From positions 55,519 through 119,518 of the forward strand of contig CALKHP010000048.1 in the NCBI GenBank assembly GCA_937988775.1: DNA of 64,000 nucleotides, read 5' to 3'. Numbering within the stretch: the first letter of the stretch is position 1; each line of letters starts with the position of its first letter. Position numbers and translations under genes: made by a program. The notes beneath the pieces were generated by a model. That model worked only from the letters and a program-made list of their open reading frames with translations. It did no database searches and was not told the origin of the DNA. Below are positions 26,087 to 36,220 of the stretch, in pieces. This stretch comes from an uncultured Alphaproteobacteria bacterium. Its GTDB lineage: Bacteria > Pseudomonadota > Alphaproteobacteria > Rhizobiales > Beijerinckiaceae.

Positions 26087-28207
26087 TCAGGCGGCCTGTT
26101 CCTCGGCGGCGTCGGCATCACTGCCCCAGTCATCCGTCTCGGTGCGGAAGCGCGCGACCATCTCGGCGAGGCGGGCCGCCTCGTGCGACAGGGCATGCGT
26201 CGCGGCGGTGGCCTGCTCGACCATGGCGGCGTTCTGCTGCGTGAACTGGTCCATGTCGTTCATGGCGCTGTTGACCTGCTGCACGCCGGCGGCCTCCTCC
26301 TCGGCGGAATGGGCGATCTGGGTGACGATGCCGTCGATCTGCACCACCTGCTGCGCGATGACCTGCAACGCCTTGCCGGCCTGGTTGACCAGGTTGACGC
26401 CATGCGTGACGTCGTCCTTCGAGGCCCCGATCAGGTCCTTGATTTCCTTGGCCGCCTGCGCCGAGCGCTGGGCAAGGGTGCGGACCTCGGACGCCACCAC
26501 CGCGAAGCCCTTGCCGGCCTCGCCCGCGCGCGCCGCCTCGACGGAAGCGTTGAGCGCCAGCAGGTTGGTCTGGAACGAGATGTTGTCGATCACGCCGATG
26601 ATCTGGGCGATTTCGCCTGCCGACTTCTCGATGCCTGCCATGGCGGCAACCGTGTCGCGCACCACCTCTTCCGAGCGGCTGGCATCGTTCTTGGCACTCG
26701 AGACCGCCTGGCTCGCCTGGCGCGCGCCATCGGCGGTGCTGCGCACCGTCGCCGAGATTTCCTCGATCGTGGCCGCGGTTTCCTCGAGCGCCGCCGCCTG
26801 CTGCTCGGTGCGCTGCGACAGGTCGTCGGAGGCCTGCGTGATCTCGCTGACGCCGGAGCGGATGCCGCCGACCGTGATGGCGATCACGCTCATCGTCTGC
26901 TGCAACTCCGCCATGGCGGCGTTGAAATCATCCTTCAGCTTCTGGTACTCGGGCGCGAAAGCCTGCTCGATACGGTAGGTCAGGTCGCCCTGCGACAGGT
27001 GGTCGAGCCCGGCCGCCAGTTCGGCGACGACGCCCTGCTGCTCGGCCGTGGCGCGGGCGCGGTGGCCCTCGTTGCGGCGGCGCTCCTCCTCGTTCTGGCT
27101 GCGCTCGCTCTCGGCCTGGGCGCGGTCGGCGGCGGCGGCGGCCTCGATCTGCTCCTTCTCGATCGCCGCGTCCTTGAACGCCTGCACGGCCGCCGCCATC
27201 GCGCCGATCTCATGGCGCTGGCCGGCCGGCACCGCGACCGTCTTGTCGCCCTGCGCGAGAGCGCCCATCACGCCGGTCAGGGCGCTGATCGGGCGCGAGA
27301 TGCTGCGGCCGATCAGCATCGCCAGCAGGCCGCTCGCCAGCAGCGCCAGCCCGATCGCCAGGCCGAGCATCGTGCCCATGCGGTCCATCGCCTGGCGCAA
27401 TTCGTTGCCGGCGGCGGTCTGGGCCGAGATGGCGCGGCGGGCGAGTTGCCCCGCCGTCTTGCTCGCCCCATTGATCGCCTTGTCGAGCTGGGCCGATTCC
27501 GCGATGAGGTTGCGCGACTGCTCGGCGAGTTTGTCGAAAGTATCGAGATAGGCCTTGACTTGCTCTTCGACCTTCTTCTTCTCGGCCGGCGAGGTGACGA
27601 TCATCTGCAGTGCGCCGTCGAACCTGGTGCGGAGGTTCGACAGGAAGGTCATCTTGTCCCAGTCGCCGAAATGCTCGACATCGCGCGTATAATCGACCAG
27701 CGCCTTGAATGCCTTGCGCACGTCACCGACGCCGCCGTCGCCCGAGCCCATGGTCGGCAGGGCCTCAAGCGCCACGTCGATATCGGAAGCGGAATCGCGC
27801 ACGGCAGTGCTCAGCCCCTCCTCGCCCTTCAGGCCGATGGCGCCCTGGCTCGCGACCAGCTTGGTGAAGATCGCCTCGGTCGTCTTCATCGCCTCGGTCA
27901 GGCTCATCGGTGCGTCGAGCATACCGCCGAGCAGCATCTGGCCCTCGTTGATCTGCTCCTTGAAGCTCGCGGCGAATTTCTTGTCCGGCGTGATGCGGAA
28001 GTCGCGCTGCGCGCGCCGCATGCGCTCGAGAGACAGGGCGAGATCATTGGCGACGCTGACATTCGCTTCGTTGGTGCGCAGCACGACGACGGCCTGCTCG
28101 ACCTGCTGGCTGCTGTACCAGGCGGCGGCGCCCGCCGCGATGAAGCCGATGGCCGGCGCGATGATCAACAGCCAGATACGCTTGCGAATGGAAAAACGAG
28201 ACAGCAT
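26087..28207 (-). CDS. Methyl-accepting chemotaxis protein (two TM helices, periplasmic sensor, HAMP, MA domain)
   Basis: 706 aa. …[51 protein letters not shown]… (highly conserved signalling hairpin). Confidence 0.95.
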   Translation of the reverse strand: MLSRFSIRKRIWLLIIAPAIGFIAAGAAAWYSSQQVEQAVVVLRTNEANVSVANDLALSLERMRRAQRDFRITPDKKFAASFKEQINEGQMLLGGMLDAPMSLTEAMKTTEAIFTKLVASQGAIGLKGEEGLSTAVRDSASDIDVALEALPTMGSGDGGVGDVRKAFKALVDYTRDVEHFGDWDKMTFLSNLRTRFDGALQMIVTSPAEKKKVEEQVKAYLDTFDKLAEQSRNLIAESAQLDKAINGASKTAGQLARRAISAQTAAGNELRQAMDRMGTMLGLAIGLALLASGLLAMLIGRSISRPISALTGVMGALAQGDKTVAVPAGQRHEIGAMAAAVQAFKDAAIEKEQIEAAAAADRAQAESERSQNEEERRRNEGHRARATAEQQGVVAELAAGLDHLSQGDLTYRIEQAFAPEYQKLKDDFNAAMAELQQTMSVIAITVGGIRSGVSEITQASDDLSQRTEQQAAALEETAATIEEISATVRSTADGARQASQAVSSAKNDASRSEEVVRDTVAAMAGIEKSAGEIAQIIGVIDNISFQTNLLALNASVEAARAGEAGKGFAVVASEVRTLAQRSAQAAKEIKDLIGASKDDVTHGVNLVNQAGKALQVIAQQVVQIDGIVTQIAHSAEEEAAGVQQVNSAMNDMDQFTQQNAAMVEQATAATHALSHEAARLAEMVARFRTETDDWGSDADAAEEQAA

Positions 28208-28364
28208 TAGCGATGCTCCACAACAATATGACGGAGCACGGCCGGGCCGGCGGCATCACCGCTTGCCCGTTCCTCCCAAACCCCGCAAAGCCTGTCGCGA
28301 ACGTTGCGTCAATTAACTTAGAAAGTGATTAAAATCGCCGCGATTGGTGTGCGATCGGCAAATT

Positions 28365-29087
28365 TCAGCCCGCGATCTCGATCAGCAGGCCGGCGAGCGC
28401 GGCCGGCGCCGTCACCATGGCGTCGTGGCTGGCCGCAAGCGTGCGCCAGGTCCAGCCCGGCTTGTCGCGCAGCCAAGCCTTGACATCGTCGAGCGCCGGA
28501 TAGACCGGCGTGGTGCAGGCGACATAGCTACACGGCACGCCGTTGCCGAGCGGATGCTTCAACGTGAGCGGCGTCGTGTAGCTGCCGAGCGGATGCGGCG
28601 TGCAGCGCCGCCTGAGCCAGGCGCTTTCCGGCTCGCCCGTCACGCCGAAGGCTTCGGGCGGCGGCACCGGCAGGCTGAGCCCGCCGCTTGAATCCTGCGC
28701 CGCCTGCAAGCGCCCCGCCACCACATCCGGCGGCAGCCGGTCGAATGCGCTGCTGCCGCCCTCGACGACGAGCGCATCGAGATAGATGAGGTGGCGAAGG
28801 CGCTCCGGCATGCGGTCCGCGACGCCGCTGATCGCCAGCCCGCCGAACGAGTGCCCGACCAGCACGACGTCGTGAAGCTCCTCCGCCACCAGCACCTCGG
28901 CGATATCGCTGACGAAAAGGTCGATCGTGATCGCCTTGTTCATCAGATGGCGGCGCTCGCCGAGCCCGGTCTGGGTCGGCGTGAACACCCGGTGGCCGGC
29001 GGCGCGCAGCATGGCAGCCGTATGCCGCCAGCACCAGCCGCCATGCCAGGCGCCATGCACGAGAACGAAAACCCGGGCCTCGGCCAT
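28365..29087 (-). CDS. Alpha/beta hydrolase (methylesterase/salicylate-esterase-like)
   Basis: VLVHGAWHGGWCW…, nucleophile elbow GHSFGG, 240 aa. Confidence 0.8.
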   Translation of the reverse strand: MAEARVFVLVHGAWHGGWCWRHTAAMLRAAGHRVFTPTQTGLGERRHLMNKAITIDLFVSDIAEVLVAEELHDVVLVGHSFGGLAISGVADRMPERLRHLIYLDALVVEGGSSAFDRLPPDVVAGRLQAAQDSSGGLSLPVPPPEAFGVTGEPESAWLRRRCTPHPLGSYTTPLTLKHPLGNGVPCSYVACTTPVYPALDDVKAWLRDKPGWTWRTLAASHDAMVTAPAALAGLLIEIAG

Positions 29088-29147
29088 TGTTACCTCCCCT
29101 GAAGAAGCAAATTAGAAACCTGGAAATTCCATCTCTCGATAAACGCG

Positions 29148-29219
29148 GCCTCATCCTGAGCTTGTCGAAGGATGTTTCAGAGGGCACTGGACCATGCTTC
29201 GACAAGCTCAGCATGAGGG
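29148..29219. repeat. Family D palindromic element
   Basis: GCCTCATCCTGAGCTTGTCGAAGGATG…CATGCTTCGACAAGCTCAGCATGAGGG. Confidence 0.8.
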
Positions 29220-29257
29220 AGAGTAGGGAGAGCCCCTCAACCAATTTCAGCCAGCCC

Positions 29258-31111
29258 CTACGACGGCACGCCGAGATCGTCGCGACGCTGCTCCTCGACC
29301 AGCGACGAGGCAAGCGCAAACGCATCGCGCCCGCGGATGCAGCCGATCAGCTTGCGCGAATCCTTCGGATCTAGCACCGAGAGCGTCGCCTTGTCACTGC
29401 TGCGCAACAGGTCGATCACCTCGGCCAGCGTCGAACTCGGCGTCACCCGGCCGGGCTCGGTCTGGACCAGTTCGGCGGCGACCACCGGCAGCGGCCCCTC
29501 CTCCTGGTCGAATGCCTCGACCAGCGCCGGATCGACCAGCCCGAGATACTCGCCATCCTGCGTGATCACCGCCGTGCCGCGCGCGCCGGCAAACGAGATC
29601 GCGCGCATCACCGCGCCGAGCGAGGCATTGGCCGGCACCGTGCGCTTCGGCGGCCGGATCAGGTCGGTGATCGGCGTCGAGGCGAGGCGCGCCACGTCCT
29701 GGCCGCCCTCGAGCGCCAGGCCACGCTGCTGGAAACGCCATGTCGCGAAGGAGTAGCCGAACAGCCGGTCGGTCAGGAAACTGGCGGTCATGGCGCCGAT
29801 CGCCACCACGACGCCGGCATCGAAATCGCCCGTGGTCTCGATGGCGAGGAAGATCATGGTCAGCGGCGCCCCGATCACCGCCGCGCCGACCGCCGCCATG
29901 CCGATCAGCGCGCACAGGCCGGGCTGGACTTCCGGCAGGCCGGGGATCGCGCCGAGGCCCCAGGCGACGGTCTGGCCAAGCAGCGCGCCGAGCAGCAGCG
30001 AGGCGCTGAACAGGCCACCGCGAAAGCCGCTGCCGAGGCTGCCGGCGGAGGCAACCACCTTGGCGCCGAGCAGGCCGAGCGCCTCGCCCTTGGAAATGCC
30101 GCCATTGGCAGCGCTCTCGACCGCGGCATGGCCGCTGCCCAGCACCGCCGGAAAGCGCGTCGCCAGCACCGTCAACAGTCCGCTCACCGCGACACGGCGC
30201 AGCGATTCGTCCTTGATCCACGCCTTCAGGCGGCGCTCGAACGAGGTCGCCAGCAGCATCACCGCCACGCCGGTGAAGGCCGACAGGAAGCCGAGCACCA
30301 CCGCCAGCGGATAATCCGTCCAGCCGACATGGGCATTCTCGAACAGGCTGAAGGATTTCTGCGGCCCCTCGAACGCCCAGATCGTCATGGTCGCAGCGAT
30401 GGCGGCGAGGCCGATCGGCGCCAGCGTGCGCTTGGAATAATTGCCCAGCACCAGTTCGAACGCATAGAACACGCCGGCGATCGGCGCGCGATAGGCGGCC
30501 GCGATCGCCGCCGCCGCGCCGGCGCCCACCATCAGCCGCCGATCGGTGCGCAGCAGGCCGCGCCGCACCGCGAGCTTGCTCGCCAGCACCGCGCCAAGCT
30601 GCGTCACCGCCGCCTCGATGCCGACGGAGGCCCCGCACGACACCGAGATCAGGATCGGGATCACGACCGCCGCGGCATCGAGCCACGTCATGTTGCCGCC
30701 CCACAGCGCATTGGCCTCGACCGCATCGATCGGCTCGCGCTTGGCGAAATGCATCAGCCAGCGATAGACGAAGGTAATCGCCACGCCGCCGACCGCCAGC
30801 GACAGGAAGATGCGCAGCCACGAGGCGTGGTTGGGCAGCGCCACGCGCCGCTCGGCCGCGAAGCCGAGGAAGGCGCGCTGCAGGAACGGCACGAGTTCCT
30901 GCACGGCCACCACCATCAGCCCGGTCACCACGCCGATGAAGATCGCGAGCCCGACGAGGCGGAACGAGCCCTTGGTGCGTTTTTTGGCGAGCGCGAGCGA
31001 CGGCAACCGTGGCTGGCCTGAGCTCAGCGACACGGCGGCCCCTCCGCGGAGAAGGCATGGGGGAAAGCCGGCATTGCCTTCTGCATCACTCCATCCGTCC
31101 GCAGACGGCAC
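29258..31111 (-). CDS. ClC-family chloride channel/transporter with a C-terminal CBS pair
   Basis: A multi-pass membrane core of about 600 aa (…SCGASVGIEAAVTQLGA…, …GGLFSASLLLGALLG…) followed by two CBS-like segments. The exact start is uncertain. Confidence 0.8.
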   Translation of the reverse strand: MPSADGWSDAEGNAGFPPCLLRGGAAVSLSSGQPRLPSLALAKKRTKGSFRLVGLAIFIGVVTGLMVVAVQELVPFLQRAFLGFAAERRVALPNHASWLRIFLSLAVGGVAITFVYRWLMHFAKREPIDAVEANALWGGNMTWLDAAAVVIPILISVSCGASVGIEAAVTQLGAVLASKLAVRRGLLRTDRRLMVGAGAAAAIAAAYRAPIAGVFYAFELVLGNYSKRTLAPIGLAAIAATMTIWAFEGPQKSFSLFENAHVGWTDYPLAVVLGFLSAFTGVAVMLLATSFERRLKAWIKDESLRRVAVSGLLTVLATRFPAVLGSGHAAVESAANGGISKGEALGLLGAKVVASAGSLGSGFRGGLFSASLLLGALLGQTVAWGLGAIPGLPEVQPGLCALIGMAAVGAAVIGAPLTMIFLAIETTGDFDAGVVVAIGAMTASFLTDRLFGYSFATWRFQQRGLALEGGQDVARLASTPITDLIRPPKRTVPANASLGAVMRAISFAGARGTAVITQDGEYLGLVDPALVEAFDQEEGPLPVVAAELVQTEPGRVTPSSTLAEVIDLLRSSDKATLSVLDPKDSRKLIGCIRGRDAFALASSLVEEQRRDDLGVPS

Positions 31112-31313
31112 GCTTCACTGTCGCAACTTGAACGTGAATCCGCTGCAAGATCAACCAAGCAGCGTCAATCTTTCGCGTTTTATGGCGGCTTTCTAACCGC
31201 ATGATGAAAATCTTTGCCGCCCAAATGGCGAGCGCTGTGTCGGGATCGCCATAAGGCGGCCGTCTTCACCATATGCGATGAGCCTCAGGCATCGCGAAGC
31301 AAGGAGCAGCCTC

Positions 31314-31739
31314 ATGCAGATCCAGCCCTACCTGTTCTTCGACGGCCGTTGCGAGGAAGCCCTCGATTTCTACAAGACGGCGCTCGACGCCGAGATCGTC
31401 ACCAAGATGCGCTTCAAGGATGCGCCGGCCCCGGTCGACGGCGCCTGCGATGGCCCGCCCGGCCCGCCTCCGGCCGCCGACAAGATCATGCACGCGGCCT
31501 TCCGCGTCGGCAAAACCGAGATCCTGGCGTCCGACGGCATGGCGGAGGGCAACCCTGAGTTCAAGGGGATCTCGCTCGCCCTGCTGACGCCGGACATCGC
31601 CACCGCGGATCGCTATTTCGCGGCGCTCGCCGCTGGCGGGCAGGTGCAGATGCCGCAGGACAAGACGTTCTTCTCGCCGCGTTTCGGCATGGTCGCCGAC
31701 CGCTTCGGCATCTCGTGGATGATCATGCCCGAACACTGA
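31314..31739 (+). CDS. VOC/glyoxalase-superfamily protein (PhnB/YjdN-like)
   Basis: MQIQPYLFFDGRCEEALDFYKTAL…KIMHAAFRVGKTEILASDG… The AAGGAG Shine-Dalgarno sequence lies 7 nt upstream of ATG 31314. Confidence 0.8.
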   Translation: MQIQPYLFFDGRCEEALDFYKTALDAEIVTKMRFKDAPAPVDGACDGPPGPPPAADKIMHAAFRVGKTEILASDGMAEGNPEFKGISLALLTPDIATADRYFAALAAGGQVQMPQDKTFFSPRFGMVADRFGISWMIMPEH

Positions 31740-31759
31740 CCGGAGGCGGGCCGGCCGCC

Positions 31760-32185
31760 TCAGTCGTCGCGGTAGATGCGCTCGCGGCGCTCGTGCCGTT
31801 CCTGCGCCTCGATCGAGAGCGTGGCGATCGGCCGGGCGTCGAGCCGGCGCAGCGAGATCGGCTCGCCGGTTTCCTCGCAGAACCCGTAGGTGCCCTCGTC
31901 GATGCGCGCGATGGCGGCGTCGATCTTGGAGATCAGCTTGCGCTGGCGGTCGCGCGCCCGCAATTCGATGGCGCGGTCGGTTTCCGAGGAGGCGCGATCG
32001 GCGATATCGGGATGGTTGTCGGTTTCGCTTTGTAGCGTGTTCAAGGTCTCGACCGCCTCGCGCAGGATGTCGTCCTTCCACGCGATCAGCTTGCGTCGGA
32101 AATATTCGCGCTGTCGCTCGTTCATGAACGGCTCGTCGTCCGTGGGACGGTAGCTCTCGCCGACGATGATGGCTTGCTTCGACAT
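31760..32185 (-). CDS. dksA: RNA polymerase-binding transcription factor DksA (single-Cys, Zn-finger-less variant)
   Basis: …FMNERQREYFRRKLIAWKDDIL…, coiled-coil tip PDIADRA (DxxDxA), and C-terminal GFCEETGEPISLRRLDARPIATLSIEAQ, where three of the four canonical Cys are replaced. Confidence 0.9.
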   Translation of the reverse strand: MSKQAIIVGESYRPTDDEPFMNERQREYFRRKLIAWKDDILREAVETLNTLQSETDNHPDIADRASSETDRAIELRARDRQRKLISKIDAAIARIDEGTYGFCEETGEPISLRRLDARPIATLSIEAQERHERRERIYRDD

Positions 32186-32335
32186 CTTGCGACTCTCTAC
32201 GCCATGAACAGAACGGGCTTATAGCGAGGAGCGCGCCGCGAAACAACGCCTCTTGCTGCGCAAATGGGCGTGATCCCTGTGCATTATTTTCGAGAGCTGG
32301 CGAATTGGCCGCGTTTTCGAGCGAAAAGCGGCCTT

Positions 32336-32773
32336 TTAGCCCATTCCGGCGGCCAAATTCTCTTTCTGGTCGAGCTTGGCGAGTTCGACGGCCGCGCGCA
32401 GTTCGATCTCGCCGATAATCGCGTCGAGCCGAAGATCGTCGCCGGCTGAATCGTCGTGCCTGAGCGCGTCGGCAAGGTTGCGCAGCGTCGCGGCGGAGGC
32501 CTTGCCCGACAGCAGCGAGATCTTCAAGGAATCAAGCGAATCCAGCAGCTTATGGCCGCGTTTGGCGGCGCGCTTGCGGCGCTCATGCGCCTGGTCCGCG
32601 CCCTGCAATGCCAGCATCGCGTCGAGGCTCGCCAGCGCGCCGGCCTGCATCGTGACGCCGGCGCGCACGCTGGCACCGGCATCGGGCAGCACGAAACGCG
32701 CGCCGGCGCCTTGCGCCCGGCCCGCCGCCTGCCCGCCCGATGATCCGGAAACCTGTCTCGTCTCGATGCGCAT
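32336..32773 (-). CDS. fliX: Flagellar assembly regulator FliX
   Basis: An internal Met of ORF 32336..32932 gives MRIETRQVSGSS… (145 aa), with …LDAMLALQG…RRKRAAKRGHKLLDSLDSLKISLLSG… Its divergent position relative to flgI matches Caulobacter. Confidence 0.75.
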   Translation of the reverse strand: MRIETRQVSGSSGGQAAGRAQGAGARFVLPDAGASVRAGVTMQAGALASLDAMLALQGADQAHERRKRAAKRGHKLLDSLDSLKISLLSGKASAATLRNLADALRHDDSAGDDLRLDAIIGEIELRAAVELAKLDQKENLAAGMG

Positions 32774-32844
32774 CGCCACCGCCCCATGCCGCGCCTTGGC
32801 CGGTTCGCATCGCCCGGCCTGCCCGGCAAACTGCGCCATTATGG

Positions 32845-32860
32845 TTAAGCAGGTGTAAAC
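32845..32860. promoter_or_regulatory. CtrA-box-like motif in the fliX-flgI divergent region
   Basis: TTAAGCAGGTGTAAAC = TTAA-N7-TAAAC, one mismatch to TTAA-N7-TTAAC. It lies 72-87 nt upstream of the fliX start. Confidence 0.4.
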
Positions 32861-32965
32861 CACGCGGTCATTTTTGCCGGGCTGGCCGGGCGCCGTGCAC
32901 GGCATCACCACGGGCGATGACAATAAAACCACGCCCTTTCAAGGCCATAGACGGAACGAGCCCGA

Positions 32966-32980
32966 TGGCACGCCCTTCGC
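32966..32980 (+). promoter_or_regulatory. Sigma54 (-24/-12) promoter of flgI-cheL-flbY
   Basis: TGGCACGCCCTTCGC (GG-N10-GC), 38 nt upstream of the flgI ATG. Confidence 0.6.
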
Positions 32981-33017
32981 AAGCACTCGCCTGCGTCGCG
33001 GATTCAAAGGTCGCTCC

Positions 33018-34160
33018 ATGTTCAAAGCCTCACTGCATCTTGCCCTGTCCTGCACGCTGGCCGCCGCCCTGCTGCTGCCGGCGCCGGGCTTTGCCGCCGC
33101 CCGCGCGGATCAGGCGTCGCTGTCGCGCATCAAGGACCTCGCCGCGATCGAGGGCGTGCGCGAGAACCAGCTTGTCGGCTACGGGCTCGTCGTCGGCCTG
33201 AACGGCACCGGCGACACGCTCAACAACGCGCCCTTCACCAAGCAGTCGCTGACCTCGATGCTGGAGCGGCTCGGCGTCAACACGCGCGGCAGCAACCTGC
33301 GCACCGTCAACGTCGCCGCCGTGATGGTCACCGCCAAGCTGCCGGCCTTCGCGACGCAGGGCACGCGCACCGATGTCACCGTCTCGGCGCTCGGCGATGC
33401 CAAGTCGCTGCAAGGCGGCACGCTGCTCGTCACGCCGCTGCTCGGCGCCGATGGCGAGGTCTATGCCGTCGCGCAAGGCTCGCTCGCCATTTCCGGCTTC
33501 CAGGCGCAGGGCGAGGCCGCCTCGATCACGCGCGGCGTGCCGACGGTCGGGCGCATCGCCAATGGCGGCCTGATCGAGAAGGAAATCGACTACCAGATCA
33601 ACAAATTGCAGGATATCCGCCTCGCGCTGCGCAATCCGGATTTCACCACCGCCAAGCGCATCGCCGCCGCGATCAACGATTATATGGGCGCCAATACCGC
33701 CGAGCCGACCGATCCTTCCACCGTCGCCCTGCATGTCCCGGCCAATTACCGTGGCAACATCGTCAAGATGCTGACCGAGGTCGAGCAATTGCGCGTCGAG
33801 CCCGACCAGCGCGCCCGCGTCGTCATCGACGAGCGCGCCGGCATCATCGTCATGGGGCGCGACGTGCGCGTCTCCACCGTCGCCGTGGCGCAGGGCAACC
33901 TCACCGTGACGATTTCCGAGCAGCCCCAGGTCAGCCAGCCCGCCCCGTTCTCGCGCGGCAGCACGGTGGTCACGCCACGCACCGGCGTCAAGGTCGATGC
34001 CGGCGAAGGCAAGAAGCTCGGCATCGTCTCGGAAAGCGTCACGCTGCGCGAACTGGTCGACGGGCTCAACGCGCTCGGCATCGGCCCGCGCGACATGATC
34101 GCCATCCTGCAGGCGATCAAGGCCGCCGGCGCGCTGCAAGCCGATATCGAGGTGATGTGA
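33018..34160 (+). CDS. flgI: Flagellar P-ring protein FlgI
   Basis: MFKASLHLALSCTLAAALLLPAPGFAAA (signal peptide), then …RIKDLAAIEGVRENQLVGYGLVVGLNGTGD… and C-terminal …LQAIKAAGALQADIEVM. Confidence 0.95.
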   Translation: MFKASLHLALSCTLAAALLLPAPGFAAARADQASLSRIKDLAAIEGVRENQLVGYGLVVGLNGTGDTLNNAPFTKQSLTSMLERLGVNTRGSNLRTVNVAAVMVTAKLPAFATQGTRTDVTVSALGDAKSLQGGTLLVTPLLGADGEVYAVAQGSLAISGFQAQGEAASITRGVPTVGRIANGGLIEKEIDYQINKLQDIRLALRNPDFTTAKRIAAAINDYMGANTAEPTDPSTVALHVPANYRGNIVKMLTEVEQLRVEPDQRARVVIDERAGIIVMGRDVRVSTVAVAQGNLTVTISEQPQVSQPAPFSRGSTVVTPRTGVKVDAGEGKKLGIVSESVTLRELVDGLNALGIGPRDMIAILQAIKAAGALQADIEVM

Positions 34161-34480
34161 TGAGCGATACCGCCGCCCTGACGCGCGCCAACGCCGCCAA
34201 TGCCTATGCGGCGGCGAGCTTCGCCGCCCCCGGCAGCCTGCAGGCGCGCGCCCGCACCGCCGCCCAGAATTTCGAGGGCGTGCTGGTCAACAACCTGCTC
34301 GGCGCCATGTTCTCCGGCACCGACGGCGAAGGCCCGATGGGCGTCAACGGCACTGGCGGCGAGGCCTGGCGCAGCATGCTCGTCAATGAGATTTCGACGT
34401 CCGTCGTGCGCGCCGGCGGCATCGGCATCGCATCGCAAGTCTACCGCGAACTCATCCGCACGCAGGAGGCCAGGTCATGA
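34160..34480 (+). CDS. Rod-binding protein (FlgJ N-terminal domain; CheL-like)
   Basis: …AAQNFEGVLVNNLLGAMFSG…WRSMLVNEIS… Its start overlaps the flgI stop (TGATG). Synteny flgI-cheL-flbY. Confidence 0.8.
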   Translation: MSDTAALTRANAANAYAAASFAAPGSLQARARTAAQNFEGVLVNNLLGAMFSGTDGEGPMGVNGTGGEAWRSMLVNEISTSVVRAGGIGIASQVYRELIRTQEARS

Positions 34481-34959
34481 ACACGGCACAGCCGGCGCCG
34501 GAAATCCGGGCGCGCATCACCAACGCCGCCGATGCCGAGGCGCTCGTCGCCAACACGCTCGACGCGCTCGATCACCTGCAACCGCTCGTCGATCGCGAGA
34601 CGCGCAACCTGCGCGAGGGCCACATCGCCGATGCGCTGGCGCTCGGCGAGGCCAAGGCCGCGGCCGGCAAGCACTACACCGCGCTGATCGACACGCTGAA
34701 GAGCAATGCCATCGCCATGGGGCGCTTCCGGCCGCCGGGGCTCGAATTGCTCAAGCAGCGCCACCGCGCCTTCTCGGACATGCTGGCGCTCAATGCCGCC
34801 GTGCTGACCACGGCGCGCACCGTCTCGGAAAGCATCATCCGCGAATTGTCGGCCGAGATTGGCGGCAGCACCAGTCCGCAAGGTTACGGTGCGCGCGGCC
34901 ATGCCGTTGGCGCCTATACCGGCTATGGCCGGCCGCTCTCGGTGTCGAAGACACTGTAA
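34477..34959 (+). CDS. FlbY-like flagellar protein (assigned mainly by synteny; FlgN-like helical protein)
   Basis: 160-aa helical ORF with an ATGA overlap to the preceding gene, in the position of Caulobacter flbY. Confidence 0.5.
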   Translation: MNTAQPAPEIRARITNAADAEALVANTLDALDHLQPLVDRETRNLREGHIADALALGEAKAAAGKHYTALIDTLKSNAIAMGRFRPPGLELLKQRHRAFSDMLALNAAVLTTARTVSESIIRELSAEIGGSTSPQGYGARGHAVGAYTGYGRPLSVSKTL

Positions 34960-35144
34960 CGGGCATCAAGAAACGCTTAACGCAGCGTTGACTCTGAGGA
35001 TCGGATTCGGCGAATCCTTGGGCGATTCTGGAGAAATATCGAATTTTCGCTATGATTTTACTGTTTCCCTTGATGAAGGATTCAACGGTCCGGACCAGAT
35101 TTCCGTAATCAGGCAGAAGCCTGCTTCGATACGGAAGATCGGCT

Positions 35145-35528
35145 ATGAACAGCGGCCCTATCCCGAGTTCCTTTCCGGCGGCGATGGCCGACCATGTCCG
35201 CGCTGACGGCCTGCCCGCGCGCGCGGCGCCGGCGGCCGCGACCGATCTGCCGGGCGAGAAGGCCGTGACGCCGGCGCGCGAGAGCGATGCCACGCTCATG
35301 CGGCGCCACGCCCTGCCCGGCACGTTCCCTGGCGATTCCGACCTGGTGCGCCGCTACTCGATCGACGCCGCGACCCGCCTTGTCGTCAGCACCACGGTCG
35401 AGCGCGATACCGGCCGCGTCCTGAACCAGTTTCCCGAGCAGGAGGTGCTGCGCCGCAAGGCGTTCTTCCGTCAGATGCGCGAAGAGGCGGCCGCCGATCG
35501 CGGCGGGCACAGCGACACGCGCGCCTGA
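35145..35528 (+). CDS. FlaG-like flagellar protein
   Basis: 127 aa. C-terminal …LVRRYSIDAATRLVVSTTVERDTGRVLNQFPEQEVLRRKAF… resembles the FlaG signature (…D..TGEV..QIP.EE.L). Confidence 0.55.
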   Translation: MNSGPIPSSFPAAMADHVRADGLPARAAPAAATDLPGEKAVTPARESDATLMRRHALPGTFPGDSDLVRRYSIDAATRLVVSTTVERDTGRVLNQFPEQEVLRRKAFFRQMREEAAADRGGHSDTRA

Positions 35529-35671
35529 AACCGCGCCGTAACCCCGCATTAACCAAGGTGTGATCGACTACGCTCAGGGGTTTTGCCCCCGTGAGCGGCC
35601 CGAAGCTGGCCGGCTTGGCCGAAAGAAATCCGGCGCGACAGCCCCTCGGTCTTGAAGGAACACTCCACCAG

Positions 35672-36037
35672 ATGTCATATGCCGGCAACGCCTACAACAA
35701 GACTGCGGCGGTCACCGCCGCGCCCCGCGAAGTCGAAGCCCAGGCTTTGATCAATTCGGCCACCAGGCTCCACCAGATTTGCGCCAATTGGGACGAACGC
35801 AAGCAGGACCTGTCCAAAGAACTGCTCACCAACCGGAAAATCTGGACCGTCTTCATGGAATCGATGATGGTCGATGGCTGTCCCCACCCCAAGGAACTGC
35901 GCGAGAACATCGTCAATCTCGGCGTTTTCGTCGTCAAGCGCACGCTTGAACTCGGCGCCGACGCCTCGCCGGAAAAGGTCTCCGCGCTGATCGGCATCAA
36001 CCAGAACATCGCCGCCGGCCTGCGCGGCCGCGCCTGA
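35672..36037 (+). CDS. flaF: Flagellin synthesis regulator FlaF
   Basis: An internal Met gives MSYAGNAYNKTAAVTAAPREVEAQALINSATRL…NRKIWTVFM…, 121 aa, next to the flagellin gene. Confidence 0.75.
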   Translation: MSYAGNAYNKTAAVTAAPREVEAQALINSATRLHQICANWDERKQDLSKELLTNRKIWTVFMESMMVDGCPHPKELRENIVNLGVFVVKRTLELGADASPEKVSALIGINQNIAAGLRGRA

Positions 36038-36060
36038 GCCCGTCCCAGGGAGCGGCGCCG

Positions 36061-36170
36061 CTTTTCCGATCGGGATGGGCCGGATGAACCGGCCCATGAC
36101 GGTGGAGGAAACAGCGTCAACCTTTCAGCCGTCATCGGTGGACTTGATCCGCCGATCCCGCTTCCGAAAA
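36061..36170. repeat. Family A compound palindromic element (left flank of the flagellin-flbT segment)
   Basis: CTTTTCCGATCGGGATGGGCCGGATGAACCGGCCCATGACGGTGGAGGA … GCCGTCATCGGTGGACTTGATCCGCCGATCCCGCTTCCGAAAA. Confidence 0.85.
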
Positions 36171-36220
36171 CCTCGCCCCGATCAAGCGTTATCCGCCGGC
36201 ACCGACGAACCGGACAAACG

